From an uncultured Flavobacterium sp. (GTDB lineage: Bacteria > Bacteroidota > Bacteroidia > Flavobacteriales > Flavobacteriaceae), in the NCBI GenBank assembly GCA_964612905.1, contig CAZTFN010000001.1, forward strand, positions 1 to 42,015: a DNA stretch of 42,015 nt. The letters are read 5' to 3'. Numbering within the stretch: the first letter of the stretch is position 1; each line of letters starts with the position of its first letter. This document shows, in pieces, positions 17,749 to 27,217 of this stretch. A program made the position numbers and the translations under genes. The notes beneath the pieces are model-generated. The model was not told the DNA's origin. It made no database searches and saw only the letters and a list, made by a program, of their open reading frames with translations.

Positions 17749-18577
17749 TGGAATCTGATTCTACTTGACGAATCTCGATCTTATCAAAATTCTTAATGAC
17801 GTAAATATTCTTTAAGCTACTCATGTCGTTAAAGAGCTTTACATTCACAACTCTATTAACACTGGTTTCACCACCTTGTACATCGATGGCGGTTCCCACA
17901 GGAATTCCTCCTGGGAAAATTGCGGAGTTTCCACTCGTAATAATGGTGTCTCCTTTTTGAATATCAGCTTGTCTAGGTAATCCTAAAAGCTGAACAATGT
18001 TATAATCTTTGCCGTCCCACTGTAAGTTTCCAAGCTGATTGTTGTCTTTCTTCAACTTGACACTAATGCTGCTTTTGCTATTCAGGATGGATTGAACTCG
18101 CGCATAATTGCTAGATACTTTTTCTGTAATTCCAATCACTCCTTTGCTATTGATTACAGCCATTTCCTTATCGATGCTATCTCGAACTCCTAAATCGATG
18201 GTCAGGAAGTTATTTGCTCTTGAATATTGATTCTTCTGAATTCGACCGCTGATATAAATGTATTGCTGATAGTACTGAGTCGTATCAATGACTCTGAATT
18301 CACTTACCGAATCCAATGTATGAAGTAGTTGTTCATAACGATTTTTGAGCGTCGTATTTTCTTCTATGAGTTCGGAATTTTCCTCGGCCAATTGGAAATA
18401 GTCGGAAATGGAACTTACTTTGTTGAAAAATCCACCGGTGATGCCATTGGCAGAGCTAACGAACTTACTTCGATGAAATGAATGATTGTTGATGACAAGC
18501 GATAATGCAATCGTTTCCAACAACAGGAAAAATAAGAAAAATCGATACTTCCTAAGAAAATAAATGAGTTGGTGCAT
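17741..18577 (-). CDS. mreC: Rod shape-determining protein MreC
   Basis: N-terminal TM, coiled coil, GDTIITSG..IFPGGIPVG. Confidence 0.95.
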   Translation of the reverse strand: MHQLIYFLRKYRFFLFFLLLETIALSLVINNHSFHRSKFVSSANGITGGFFNKVSSISDYFQLAEENSELIEENTTLKNRYEQLLHTLDSVSEFRVIDTTQYYQQYIYISGRIQKNQYSRANNFLTIDLGVRDSIDKEMAVINSKGVIGITEKVSSNYARVQSILNSKSSISVKLKKDNNQLGNLQWDGKDYNIVQLLGLPRQADIQKGDTIITSGNSAIFPGGIPVGTAIDVQGGETSVNRVVNVKLFNDMSSLKNIYVIKNFDKIEIRQVESDSNE

Positions 18578-18598
18578 GAGAAGTAAAGAGGTCTTTTG

Positions 18599-19627
18599 TT
18601 ATTTCATTAAGACACTTTTGTACTTATCAAGCTCTTTTAAGGCAATTCCTGTACCTCTTACAACAGCTCGTAATGGATCTTCAGCAACATACACAGGTAA
18701 GTCTGTCTTTCTGGATAGACGCTTGTCTAATCCACGTAACATAGAACCACCACCTGCTAAATAAATTCCCGTATTGTAGATGTCTGCTGCCAATTCTGGT
18801 GGTGTTTTGGATAAGGTTTCCATCACGGCGTCTTCAATACGTAAGATGGATTTGTCCAAGGCTTTGGCAATCTCTCTGAAAGATACTTGTACCTGTTTCG
18901 GTTTTCCGCTTAACAAGTCTCTACCTTGTACCAACATATCTTCTGGTGGATTGTCCAATTCTTCTGTTGCTGCTCCGATTTGAATTTTCACTTTCTCAGC
19001 AGTGGTTTCTCCAACATAGAGGTTGTGCTGAGTTCTCATGTAATACATGATGTCGTTGGTGAATAAATCTCCAGCCACTTTTACTGACTGATCACAAACA
19101 ATTCCTGCTAAGGCAATCACCGCAATCTCAGTGGTTCCTCCACCGATGTCGATAATCATGTTTCCTTTGGGTTCCATAATGTCGATACCCACCCCAATTG
19201 CAGCAGCCATTGGCTCATAGATGAGGTAAATATCTTTGGCATTCATGTGTCTTGCAGAATCTTGCACCGCTCGTTTTTCCACTTCAGTAATTCCAGAAGG
19301 AATACAGATAACCATACGAAGTGAAGGTGGGAATAATTTTTTCTTGATGGCTGGAATCTTCTTTACGAATTCCTTGATCATTTCCTCGGAAGCTTGGAAA
19401 TCTGCAATTACACCATCCTTCAAAGGACGAATGGTCTTGATGTTTTCATGCGTTTTTCCCTGCATTAGATTCGCTTCTTTCCCAGTTGCGATGATCTTTC
19501 CAGAAACTCGATTTCTAGCCACAATTGACGGACTGTCAATTACCACTTTTCCGTTGTGAATAATTAACGTGTTTGCCGTACCTAAATCAATGGCAATGTC
19601 TTCCGTCATGAAATCGAAAAAACCCAT
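18599..19627 (-). CDS. mreB: Rod shape-determining protein MreB
   Basis: IAIDLGTANT, RPLKDGVIADF, EPMAAAIG, DIGGGTTE. Confidence 0.98.
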   Translation of the reverse strand: MGFFDFMTEDIAIDLGTANTLIIHNGKVVIDSPSIVARNRVSGKIIATGKEANLMQGKTHENIKTIRPLKDGVIADFQASEEMIKEFVKKIPAIKKKLFPPSLRMVICIPSGITEVEKRAVQDSARHMNAKDIYLIYEPMAAAIGVGIDIMEPKGNMIIDIGGGTTEIAVIALAGIVCDQSVKVAGDLFTNDIMYYMRTQHNLYVGETTAEKVKIQIGAATEELDNPPEDMLVQGRDLLSGKPKQVQVSFREIAKALDKSILRIEDAVMETLSKTPPELAADIYNTGIYLAGGGSMLRGLDKRLSRKTDLPVYVAEDPLRAVVRGTGIALKELDKYKSVLMK

Positions 19628-19665
19628 AAAAAATTGTTATCTGTCTTATTATAAATGTATTCTTA

Positions 19666-19673
19666 CAAATCTA
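19666..19673 (-). promoter_or_regulatory. Bacteroidota -7 element (TAGATTTG) for the mre operon
   Basis: TAnnTTTG match 38 nt upstream of mreB. Confidence 0.55.
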
Positions 19674-19703
19674 GGAAAATTCCTCTGTTTGGCAATACGA
19701 AAC

Positions 19704-21230
19704 TTAATGTTTAAAATGCCTTGTTCCAGTCATTACCATCGACAAATTATTGTCGTTACAATAATCGATACTAAGCTGATCTTTGATCGATCCTCCTGGT
19801 TGAATCACGCTTCCAATTCCTGCGTTATGAGCGATTTCTACACAGTCTGGAAATGGGAAAAAAGCATCACTTGCCATTACAGCTCCATTCAGGTCAAATC
19901 CAAAACTATTTGCTTTTTCAATGGCTTGTCTTAAAGCATCCACTCTGCTTGTTTGTCCAGTTCCACTTGCACACAATTGTTTGTTTTTAGCAAGAACAAT
20001 GGTATTGGATTTGGTGTGCTTACAAATTTTAGAAGCAAATAGTAAATCCTCTAACTCAGCATCGGTTGGTTTATTGTTTGTAGCGTAGCTTAAATCTTTT
20101 TGCGTGTCTGTTTTTGAATCTTTATCCTGAACTAACAATCCATTCAATGCAGTTCTTACATTTTGCTCTGGAAGAGCTACTTCTTTTTGAATCAAAATGA
20201 TTCGATTCTTTTTTCCTTTTAACACATCAATGGCGTCATCGTCATAAGAAGGAGCAATGACTACCTCACAGAACAATTTGTGAATCTCTTCTGCAGTAGG
20301 TTTGTCGATTTTTGTATTGGCAATCAAAATACCTCCAAATGCAGATACAGGGTCACCTGCCAAAGCATCTACATAAGCTTGGTGAATGGTTTCTCTTTGA
20401 GCAAATCCACAAGCGTTGTTATGCTTCAAAATAGCAAAGGTTGGAGCTTCACCTACAAACTCATTCATTAAGTTTACGGCAGCATCCACATCCAATAAAT
20501 TGTTATAGCTTAATTCTTTACCGTGTAGCTTGTCAAACATCGCATCCAAGTCGCCAAAGAAGTATCCTTTCTGATGTGGATTTTCTCCATATCTCAAGGT
20601 CTTTGAAGTGGTTTCGCTTGCCTTAAATACAACTTCTTCTTCATTGAAGTAGTTGAAGATAGCTGTATCGTAGTGCGATGAAATATTGAAAGACTTGGCT
20701 GCAAATCGTTTTCTGTCTACTAAAGTTGTTTTTCCATCCCCTTTCGTATAGATGTCTAAAAACTCCTCGTACTGATCCATGGAAGAAATTGTAAAAGTGT
20801 CTTTGAAGTTTTTGGCAGCTGCTCTAATCAAAGAGATTCCACCAATATCAATTTTCTCTACGATATCTTGCTCAGAAGCACCTGATGCTACTGTCTTTTC
20901 GAATGGATATAAATCTACGATCACTAAATCTATTTGTGGAATTTGATATTCGGCCAATTCCTTTGCATCACCTTCATGATCTTGTCTGTTTAAAATTCCT
21001 CCAAAAACTTTTGGATGCAGGGTTTTTACTCTTCCCCCTAAAATTGAAGGATACGAAGTAATGTCTTCTACGGCTACAACGGGAATATCAAGATTCTTAA
21101 TGAATCTTTCTGTTCCACCAGTAGAATAGATGGTTACTCCCTTGTCGTGTAATGCTTTAACAATAGGTTCTAACCCATCTTTGTGAAAGACAGAAATAAG
21201 GGCAGATTGAATAGATTTTGCGTCGCTCAT
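19704..21230 (-). CDS. purH: Bifunctional AICAR transformylase / IMP cyclohydrolase
   Basis: ALISV, STGGT, GRVKTLHP, IDIGG, LRYGENPHQ, ASDAFFPF, TGTRHFKH. Confidence 0.98.
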   Translation of the reverse strand: MSDAKSIQSALISVFHKDGLEPIVKALHDKGVTIYSTGGTERFIKNLDIPVVAVEDITSYPSILGGRVKTLHPKVFGGILNRQDHEGDAKELAEYQIPQIDLVIVDLYPFEKTVASGASEQDIVEKIDIGGISLIRAAAKNFKDTFTISSMDQYEEFLDIYTKGDGKTTLVDRKRFAAKSFNISSHYDTAIFNYFNEEEVVFKASETTSKTLRYGENPHQKGYFFGDLDAMFDKLHGKELSYNNLLDVDAAVNLMNEFVGEAPTFAILKHNNACGFAQRETIHQAYVDALAGDPVSAFGGILIANTKIDKPTAEEIHKLFCEVVIAPSYDDDAIDVLKGKKNRIILIQKEVALPEQNVRTALNGLLVQDKDSKTDTQKDLSYATNNKPTDAELEDLLFASKICKHTKSNTIVLAKNKQLCASGTGQTSRVDALRQAIEKANSFGFDLNGAVMASDAFFPFPDCVEIAHNAGIGSVIQPGGSIKDQLSIDYCNDNNLSMVMTGTRHFKH

Positions 21231-21251
21231 AATGTTGTGTTATTAAGCGGA

Positions 21252-21259
21252 CAAAACTA
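21252..21259 (-). promoter_or_regulatory. Bacteroidota -7 element (TAGTTTTG) for purH
   Basis: TAnnTTTG match 21 nt upstream of the start. Confidence 0.55.
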
Positions 21260-21317
21260 CTAAATGTGAGTTGTTAAAACAATAAGAAACTGGGGTGAAT
21301 TACAGAAACTTATAAGA

Positions 21318-21449
21318 CTATTGTGAATAAACTTTCCGATGGAAAGAATCTACCAAAATAGTGTAGTTTCTCATCTCTTTAGACTTCTTTCTTTTTTTGA
21401 GACCGATCTTATTGAAGATAGTCCCTAGGAGGGTAGTATTTTTTTTCAT
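21318..21449 (-). CDS. Putative small basic protein, 43 aa
   Basis: Manual translation MKKNTTLLGTIFNKIGLKKRKKSKEMRNYTILVDSFHRKVYSQ; A-rich ATG context; below the ORF-track cutoff. Confidence 0.45.
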   Translation of the reverse strand: MKKNTTLLGTIFNKIGLKKRKKSKEMRNYTILVDSFHRKVYSQ

Positions 21450-21501
21450 TCTTGGGGGATATGATTTACAATATTATAAAATTAATAGATTTCATTGATA
21501 A

Positions 21502-21556
21502 GAGTCAATACCCAAAAATGAGGAAATTCATAACTACCCATTTTTGGGGATGACTC
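21502..21556. promoter_or_regulatory. Paired dyad operator-like sites
   Basis: tacccaaaaatgagga (21509-21524) and tacccatttttgggga (21535-21550), flanked by inverted gagtca/tgactc. Confidence 0.45.
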
Positions 21557-21594
21557 GTTTTTCGCAGTAAAGAGGTATTCAAATACTCTTTGCT

Positions 21595-21723
21595 CTATTC
21601 TGCACTTTCTAAAAAATTACGGAACCAAAGGGTGAATTTTTCTAGAACGGTTTCTTTCTCTTGCAATTTGGTGGCATAACTGCTGGTATATGCAGTCGTT
21701 CTTTGTAGATCTTCTTTTTTCAT
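21595..21723 (-). CDS. Putative small protein, 42 aa
   Basis: Manual translation MKKEDLQRTTAYTSSYATKLQEKETVLEKFTLWFRNFLESAE; TATATTTG promoter element at 21777-21784 upstream. Confidence 0.6.
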   Translation of the reverse strand: MKKEDLQRTTAYTSSYATKLQEKETVLEKFTLWFRNFLESAE

Positions 21724-21852
21724 TACTAGGGGGCTTTAATGATTAATAGAAAAGGTTGTGTAAAGAATTACATACTCAAATATAGAAAAAAAGAAACACC
21801 AAATCAAATACCTTGATTTGGTGAAATTTATGAATACACGTTTTTGGTGAGT

Positions 21853-22305
21853 TTAGTAAAGTGTAGCTACTCTTTCACATACAAACTCGAGCAGCTCTTC
21901 ATCTTCATCTGTAAAGGGATTTGCAGTATGAGAATCAATATCTATTTGACCAATATTTTCGCCATTGACAAAAATGGGAATCACAATTTCAGATTTTACT
22001 TTCCATCCGCATGAAATGTAATTGTCCTGCTCGGAGACATCCTGTACCACAAAATTTTCATTGCTTACGGCTACCTGTCCACAGATTCCCTTTCCAAAAG
22101 GGATAATGGTATGTTCTGTGGGTTCACCCGTAAATTCAGCTAATTTCAATTCCTCTTTATTTCCATTTCTAAAATAGAAACCTACCCAATCGTAATAGGA
22201 GATCTGACTTTCTAAAAAATCGCAGATGCTTTGTTGTTTTTCTCCTGTAGATTTTTCAGAGGATATAATTTCTTCAATCGTTGCTTTCAAAAAATTGATG
22301 TTCAC
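21853..22305 (-). CDS. GAF domain protein (free methionine-R-sulfoxide reductase MsrC-like)
   Basis: YDWVGFY, IPFGKGICG, SEIVIPI, GQIDIDS. Confidence 0.9.
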   Translation of the reverse strand: MNINFLKATIEEIISSEKSTGEKQQSICDFLESQISYYDWVGFYFRNGNKEELKLAEFTGEPTEHTIIPFGKGICGQVAVSNENFVVQDVSEQDNYISCGWKVKSEIVIPIFVNGENIGQIDIDSHTANPFTDEDEELLEFVCERVATLY

Positions 22306-22313
22306 GTTTTTTC

Positions 22314-22351
22314 TATATTTGTGTTAGTACAATAACGAAGTAGCAAAATTA
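22314..22351. promoter_or_regulatory. Overlapping face-to-face -7 elements for xrtF (+, TATATTTG 22314-22321) and the GAF gene (-, TAATTTTG 22344-22351)
   Basis: Two TAnnTTTG matches in a 59-nt divergent intergenic region. Confidence 0.5.
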
Positions 22352-22364
22352 AACCAAAAACCCG

Positions 22365-22904
22365 ATGAAAAGACAAAGAAGTATTGTTCTTTTTCTAGTA
22401 AAATTCTTTGCTACCTATTTCTTATTATTCGTTTTTTATTCGGTTTACTTACAGAATACACAAAAAAAAGGAGACGCATTCGCTTGCTCTCCAATCACAA
22501 CAGTAGTTGCGGAACAGACGGAAGAGGTGTTGACTCTCTTTGGATACAATGCTGCGCATATGCAACACGAAGATGAAATGTCAGTAAAACTAATTTTGAA
22601 TGGACAATACACAGCAAGGGTCATTGAAGGTTGTAATTCTATCAGCATCATTATTTTGTTTTTGTCCTTTATCATCGCTTTTGCTGGATCGTTCAAAGCC
22701 ACACTCATTTATGGTATTTTGGGAAGTGCTTTTATCTATGGAATCAATGTTTTAAGGATTGCTTTCCTTACTGTTATGTTGAACAAGTACCCGCATGAAC
22801 AAGAGCTACTGCATAATTTGGTGTTTCCAGCCATTATATATGGAGCTACATTTTTGTTGTGGGTAATTTGGGTGCAGAAATTTTCTAAATACAAGAAGTC
22901 ATGA
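22365..22904 (+). CDS. xrtF: Exosortase family protein XrtF
   Basis: ARVIEGCNS catalytic Cys, NVLRI Arg, LHNLVFP His; multi-TM; paired with the typical partner gene. Confidence 0.9.
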   Translation: MKRQRSIVLFLVKFFATYFLLFVFYSVYLQNTQKKGDAFACSPITTVVAEQTEEVLTLFGYNAAHMQHEDEMSVKLILNGQYTARVIEGCNSISIIILFLSFIIAFAGSFKATLIYGILGSAFIYGINVLRIAFLTVMLNKYPHEQELLHNLVFPAIIYGATFLLWVIWVQKFSKYKKS

Positions 22905-23335
22905 GCCGTTCAGTGAGAATTATCATAACCATTGTTCTATTTGGATTGCTGTTCTTGGTAAGAGCATTTGAAACTGATTTGTTCTACGATCCATTGATTG
23001 TGTATTTTCAGAATGATTATTTGTACAAGTCCATTCCAGAGATTAACAGTTGGAAGCTCGCTGTAGACATGCTTTTTCGATATACATTGAATTCAGTAAT
23101 CACCATAGGAATCATTTATATGATTTTCCAAAAAAAACGATATGTTAAGTTTGCAGGGTTTTTATTGATGATGTCTTTCATGATCATGATTGTGATCTTT
23201 TCATTATTGTTGCGAACTGATTTTGAATCGGGATATTTATTTCCTTTCTACATTCGACGATTCATTGTGCATCCAATTTTCTTGCTGATTTTATTGCCTG
23301 CCTTCTATTACCATAAAAGAGCTGTAGGCAAATAA
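22901..23335 (+). CDS. Exosortase F system-associated membrane protein
   Basis: VRAFETDLFYDP, FRY..NS, FYIRRFIVHPIFLLILLPAFYY; overlaps the xrtF stop. Confidence 0.88.
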   Translation: MSRSVRIIITIVLFGLLFLVRAFETDLFYDPLIVYFQNDYLYKSIPEINSWKLAVDMLFRYTLNSVITIGIIYMIFQKKRYVKFAGFLLMMSFMIMIVIFSLLLRTDFESGYLFPFYIRRFIVHPIFLLILLPAFYYHKRAVGK

Positions 23336-23378
23336 TTAACACAACTTTTAAATTTTCAGTTGTATCTTTGCCTTCAGA

Positions 23379-23798
23379 ATGAAGAAGGTTCTAACAAATA
23401 TTAGCGTTTATCTTTTATCATTGATTGTGGTTTTGTCATCAATGTCTTTCACAGTACAAAAACATTACTGTGGAGAAATATTGGTTGATGTTTCTTATGT
23501 GGGTGAAGCTGAAGGTTGTTGTGCGACCAAAGCCATGAAGAAAATGGATCATGAAGATCATAAGCAAGACCAAAAGGATTGCTGTAGCAATGAATTAGAA
23601 TTGATAGAATCTTCTACCTTCGATAAGGAAAAACTGAGTTCTCTCTCCATTGATGAGATTCAGTTTACTGCAATTTATATCTATTCGTACATCAACTTAT
23701 TTCAAGAAGTTGATTTAGAAAAAGAGTTCTACAAAGACTTTTCACCTCCAGACATTGTGCAAGACATACATGTATTGCACGAGACTTTCTTGATTTGA
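23379..23798 (+). CDS. HYC_CC_PP family protein
   Basis: KHYCG...CC...CC...PPD..LHETFLI; TATCTTTG promoter element at 23363-23370. Confidence 0.9.
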   Translation: MKKVLTNISVYLLSLIVVLSSMSFTVQKHYCGEILVDVSYVGEAEGCCATKAMKKMDHEDHKQDQKDCCSNELELIESSTFDKEKLSSLSIDEIQFTAIYIYSYINLFQEVDLEKEFYKDFSPPDIVQDIHVLHETFLI

Positions 23799-23871
23799 TT
23801 TTAATTCTTAGTTCGGCAAACTCATCGGTAATGATGAGTAAATCTCTATGAATTAAATTCAAAAACAACTC

Positions 23872-26133
23872 ATGAAAAAAATATTTATTAGCGTTCTATT
23901 TCTCATTCCAAGTTTGACTTTTGGGCAGACAACCTTGAAAGGAATGATCATGGATAGAAGCTATCCTGAGGGAAATCAGGGAGTAGAAGGAGTCACGGTT
24001 TTTTGGCTCAACACAAATGTAGGTACTTCTACCAATGAGAAGGGATGGTTCAGTATTCCCTATAAAAAGGAGTATAAGAAGTTGGTGATTAGTTATGTGG
24101 GTTATAGAACCGATACTATTACCATTACAGGTACAGAAACTATACATCACTTTATAACTCCAGAAAATGAACTGGACGAAATACAGGTCACTAGTAGGAA
24201 AGAAGCAACTCAAAAATCTTTTTTACAAACCGCAAATACGTTTACAGTGAACAGTGAAGAGTTACTCAAAGCAGCCTGTTGTAATCTGGCTGAAAGTTTT
24301 GAGACAAACCCATCAATTGATGTGAACTTTTCGGATGCATTAACGGGAACTCGACAGATCCAAATGTTGGGATTAAAAAGTCCGTATTTGTTAATTACAC
24401 AGGAGAATATTCCTACCATTCGAGGTGCGGCGCAGGTCTTTGGACTGACATTCACTCCGGGAACTTGGGTGGAAAGCATTCAAGTGACCAAAGGAGCGGG
24501 AAGTGTAATTAATGGTTACGAGAGTATCTCAGGACAGATCAATGCAGAATTAGTCAAGCCATTCTCCGATAAAAAATTCTTTTTGAATGCTTATGGTTCA
24601 TTAGGAGGGCGATTGGAGCTCAATACACACTTTAATAAAAAAGTGTCTGATAAATGGCAAACAGGTTTGTATGTCCATGGGAATTATAGAGGTCAGAAAT
24701 TTGATCGAAATGAGGATGGATTTTTAGATTTTCCATTGGCAAATCAAATCAATGTGATGAATCGTTGGCAATATACGGATGCAGAAAAAGGTTGGGTAAG
24801 TTTTATCAACCTGCGCTATATGAACGATTCAAAGCAAACAGGGCAGATGAATTACAATCCTGATATAGATCGTGTTCTCCCAGACGCTGTGTTAAACGGA
24901 ACCGAAGTGTGGGGTGGAGAAATTGACACCAAACGATTTGACGCTTCAGCAAAGTTGGGTTATGTTTTTCCTGAATTGCCTTTTCAAAGTTTTGGCTTTC
25001 AATTAGCCTATAGCAATCATCAACAAGATTCCTATTTTGGGCAGAGAATTTATGACATTGAACACCAAAGTGTATATTCTAATTTCTTGTTTAGCTCTAT
25101 CATTGGAGATACCAGAAATAAGTTCACGACAGGTCTTACATTTACGCATGATGGCTACAATGAGTTGGTAGAACGTACCTCATTTACACGAGTAGAAAAC
25201 TCGTTCGGAGCCTTTTTTGAATATGCCTATGACAATATTGAGAACTTTAGTTTTACGGCGGGTGTTCGTTTGGATTCTCACAACTTGTTGGGGACTTTCG
25301 TTACACCACGTTTGCACTTACGATATGTTCCTTGGGAGAAAGCAACATTCAGATTCTCGGTAGGACAAGGTCGTAAGAGCACAAATATTTTTGCAGAAAA
25401 CCAACAGTTGTTCTCAAGTGCAAGACAGATTGATATTCGTTCTACAGGAGGAAATATTTATGGATTAGACCCCGAGGTAGCATGGAACTATGGAGTTTCT
25501 TATTTACAAGGTTTCAGATTGTTTGAAGAAAAAGGAAACATCACCTTTGATTTTTACAGAACTCAGTTCCAGAATCAGGTAGTAGTTGATTGGGAAAATC
25601 CGCAACAAATATCTTTTTATAATTTGGATGGTGAGAGTTATGCCAATAGCTTTCAAGTGGAAGTGAATTATGGTTTGTTGGAAAATGTAGATGTGAGAGT
25701 TGCTTACAAGTACTACGATATAGAGATTGATTACGCTAACGGAAGACTTTCCAAGCCTTTAGTACCTAATCATCGATTCTTTGCGAATGTTGGTTATGAA
25801 ACCGAAAAACAATTGAAAGGCTCTCAATGGAAATTCGACCTTACCTACAACTGGATTGGAGAGCAACGATTGCCCAATACGTCCAGCAACCCAGTTCAAT
25901 ATCAATTGGGAGAGAATGCAGAGAGCTACAGTTTGCTGAATGCTCAGGTTACCAAAGTATTTTCAGATAGATTTGAACTCTATGTTGGAGGAGAGAACTT
26001 AACAAATATGCGTCAGAAAAACCCTATCTTAGCCAGTGATAATCCGTTTGGCAATAATTTTGATAGTACGATCATATATGCGCCTATTTTTGGAAGAATG
26101 TTTTATAGTGGATTACGATTTAAACTTGATTAA
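23872..26133 (+). CDS. TonB-dependent receptor (heavy-metal cluster type)
   Basis: Signal peptide, CarboxypepD-reg-like N-domain, ELLKAACCNLAESFETNPS plug, barrel ending FYSGLRF. Confidence 0.93.
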   Translation: MKKIFISVLFLIPSLTFGQTTLKGMIMDRSYPEGNQGVEGVTVFWLNTNVGTSTNEKGWFSIPYKKEYKKLVISYVGYRTDTITITGTETIHHFITPENELDEIQVTSRKEATQKSFLQTANTFTVNSEELLKAACCNLAESFETNPSIDVNFSDALTGTRQIQMLGLKSPYLLITQENIPTIRGAAQVFGLTFTPGTWVESIQVTKGAGSVINGYESISGQINAELVKPFSDKKFFLNAYGSLGGRLELNTHFNKKVSDKWQTGLYVHGNYRGQKFDRNEDGFLDFPLANQINVMNRWQYTDAEKGWVSFINLRYMNDSKQTGQMNYNPDIDRVLPDAVLNGTEVWGGEIDTKRFDASAKLGYVFPELPFQSFGFQLAYSNHQQDSYFGQRIYDIEHQSVYSNFLFSSIIGDTRNKFTTGLTFTHDGYNELVERTSFTRVENSFGAFFEYAYDNIENFSFTAGVRLDSHNLLGTFVTPRLHLRYVPWEKATFRFSVGQGRKSTNIFAENQQLFSSARQIDIRSTGGNIYGLDPEVAWNYGVSYLQGFRLFEEKGNITFDFYRTQFQNQVVVDWENPQQISFYNLDGESYANSFQVEVNYGLLENVDVRVAYKYYDIEIDYANGRLSKPLVPNHRFFANVGYETEKQLKGSQWKFDLTYNWIGEQRLPNTSSNPVQYQLGENAESYSLLNAQVTKVFSDRFELYVGGENLTNMRQKNPILASDNPFGNNFDSTIIYAPIFGRMFYSGLRFKLD

Positions 26134-26136
26134 AAA

Positions 26137-26505
26137 ATGAAAAAAGTATTAATAATAATGAGCTTTTTGCTGATCGGAATGTCAGCACAAGCACAAAAGA
26201 AAAATGCAAAAGTTTCTATTGAAGTAGATGGAGTTTGCATGATGTGTAAAAAGAGAATTGAAAAGGCGGCTTTGAGCACCAAAGGAGTGAAGTTCGCTTC
26301 TTGGGATATGAAAACACACAAACTGTCTTTGATTTTGGACGAAAGAAAAACGAATGTAAAAACCGTTCAAAAGAACATTGCTGCAGTTGGGCACGATACC
26401 AAAGGAATCAAGGCAACGGAGCATGCATACAATTCAGTGGCTCCTTGCTGCAAGTATCGAGATCCAGAAGTCGTGAAGAATCACAACAAAGGTAGTGGTC
26501 ACTAA
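26137..26505 (+). CDS. Exported heavy-metal-associated (HMA) domain protein
   Basis: Signal peptide; VDGVCMMCKKRIE; VGHDT...PCCKYR. Confidence 0.92.
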   Translation: MKKVLIIMSFLLIGMSAQAQKKNAKVSIEVDGVCMMCKKRIEKAALSTKGVKFASWDMKTHKLSLILDERKTNVKTVQKNIAAVGHDTKGIKATEHAYNSVAPCCKYRDPEVVKNHNKGSGH

Positions 26506-27217
26506 AAGATATTTATTTATCAGTATATTTTTCATAGGTTTCATTTCCTGTAAAACGGAGGTGGAACCTATTGATATTATAAATAAATCTGTCCTAGCTC
26601 ATGGTGGTTTAGAACAATGGAAAGAACTCAAATCACTCTCATTTACCAAGAAAACAACGGTCTATCATGAAGACGGAAGTCTTGGAAAAGAGAGTCTTCA
26701 AAATCAAGAATTTGTATTTAGTAAAAGTTTCTCTGGAAGGATTTATGCGGTCTTGGATAGTATATTGTACCATTACCAAGATGGAAACATATATGTTCAG
26801 AGACTAGATTCCAGTTTTCAGTTAAGCGGTGAAGAATTAAAAAGCAAACAGAGCTTATTTAAATCTGCCTTGTATGTAACCAGTCAGCCTTTTCAATTGC
26901 TGGAAAGTGGAGCAACTTTTGAGCGAAAATCAGATACGGTTTTTAGTGTTAAAAAGGCCTTTGCTATTCGCATACACTACCCAGGCGATTCATCAACTTC
27001 AGATCAGTGGACCTATTATTTTGATCAAGCATCGTATCGAGTAGTTGCTTGTAAAGTGCGGCACAATGATAGAGTGAGTATTATTGAAAATACTTCCTAC
27101 GATATGAGTACACCTTTTGTTTTCAATGCAACACGAAAGAGTACCATTATGGATTGGGGAAAGCCAAAGTTTGTGATCGCTGAATATGAGTATTCAAACT
27201 ATAAGATCAGTTTTTAG
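26495..27217 (+). CDS. Lipoprotein, DUF6503-like
   Basis: Lipobox FISC; IINKSVLAHGGLEQW; SQPFQL; DQWTYYFD. Confidence 0.7.
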   Translation: MVTKRYLFISIFFIGFISCKTEVEPIDIINKSVLAHGGLEQWKELKSLSFTKKTTVYHEDGSLGKESLQNQEFVFSKSFSGRIYAVLDSILYHYQDGNIYVQRLDSSFQLSGEELKSKQSLFKSALYVTSQPFQLLESGATFERKSDTVFSVKKAFAIRIHYPGDSSTSDQWTYYFDQASYRVVACKVRHNDRVSIIENTSYDMSTPFVFNATRKSTIMDWGKPKFVIAEYEYSNYKISF

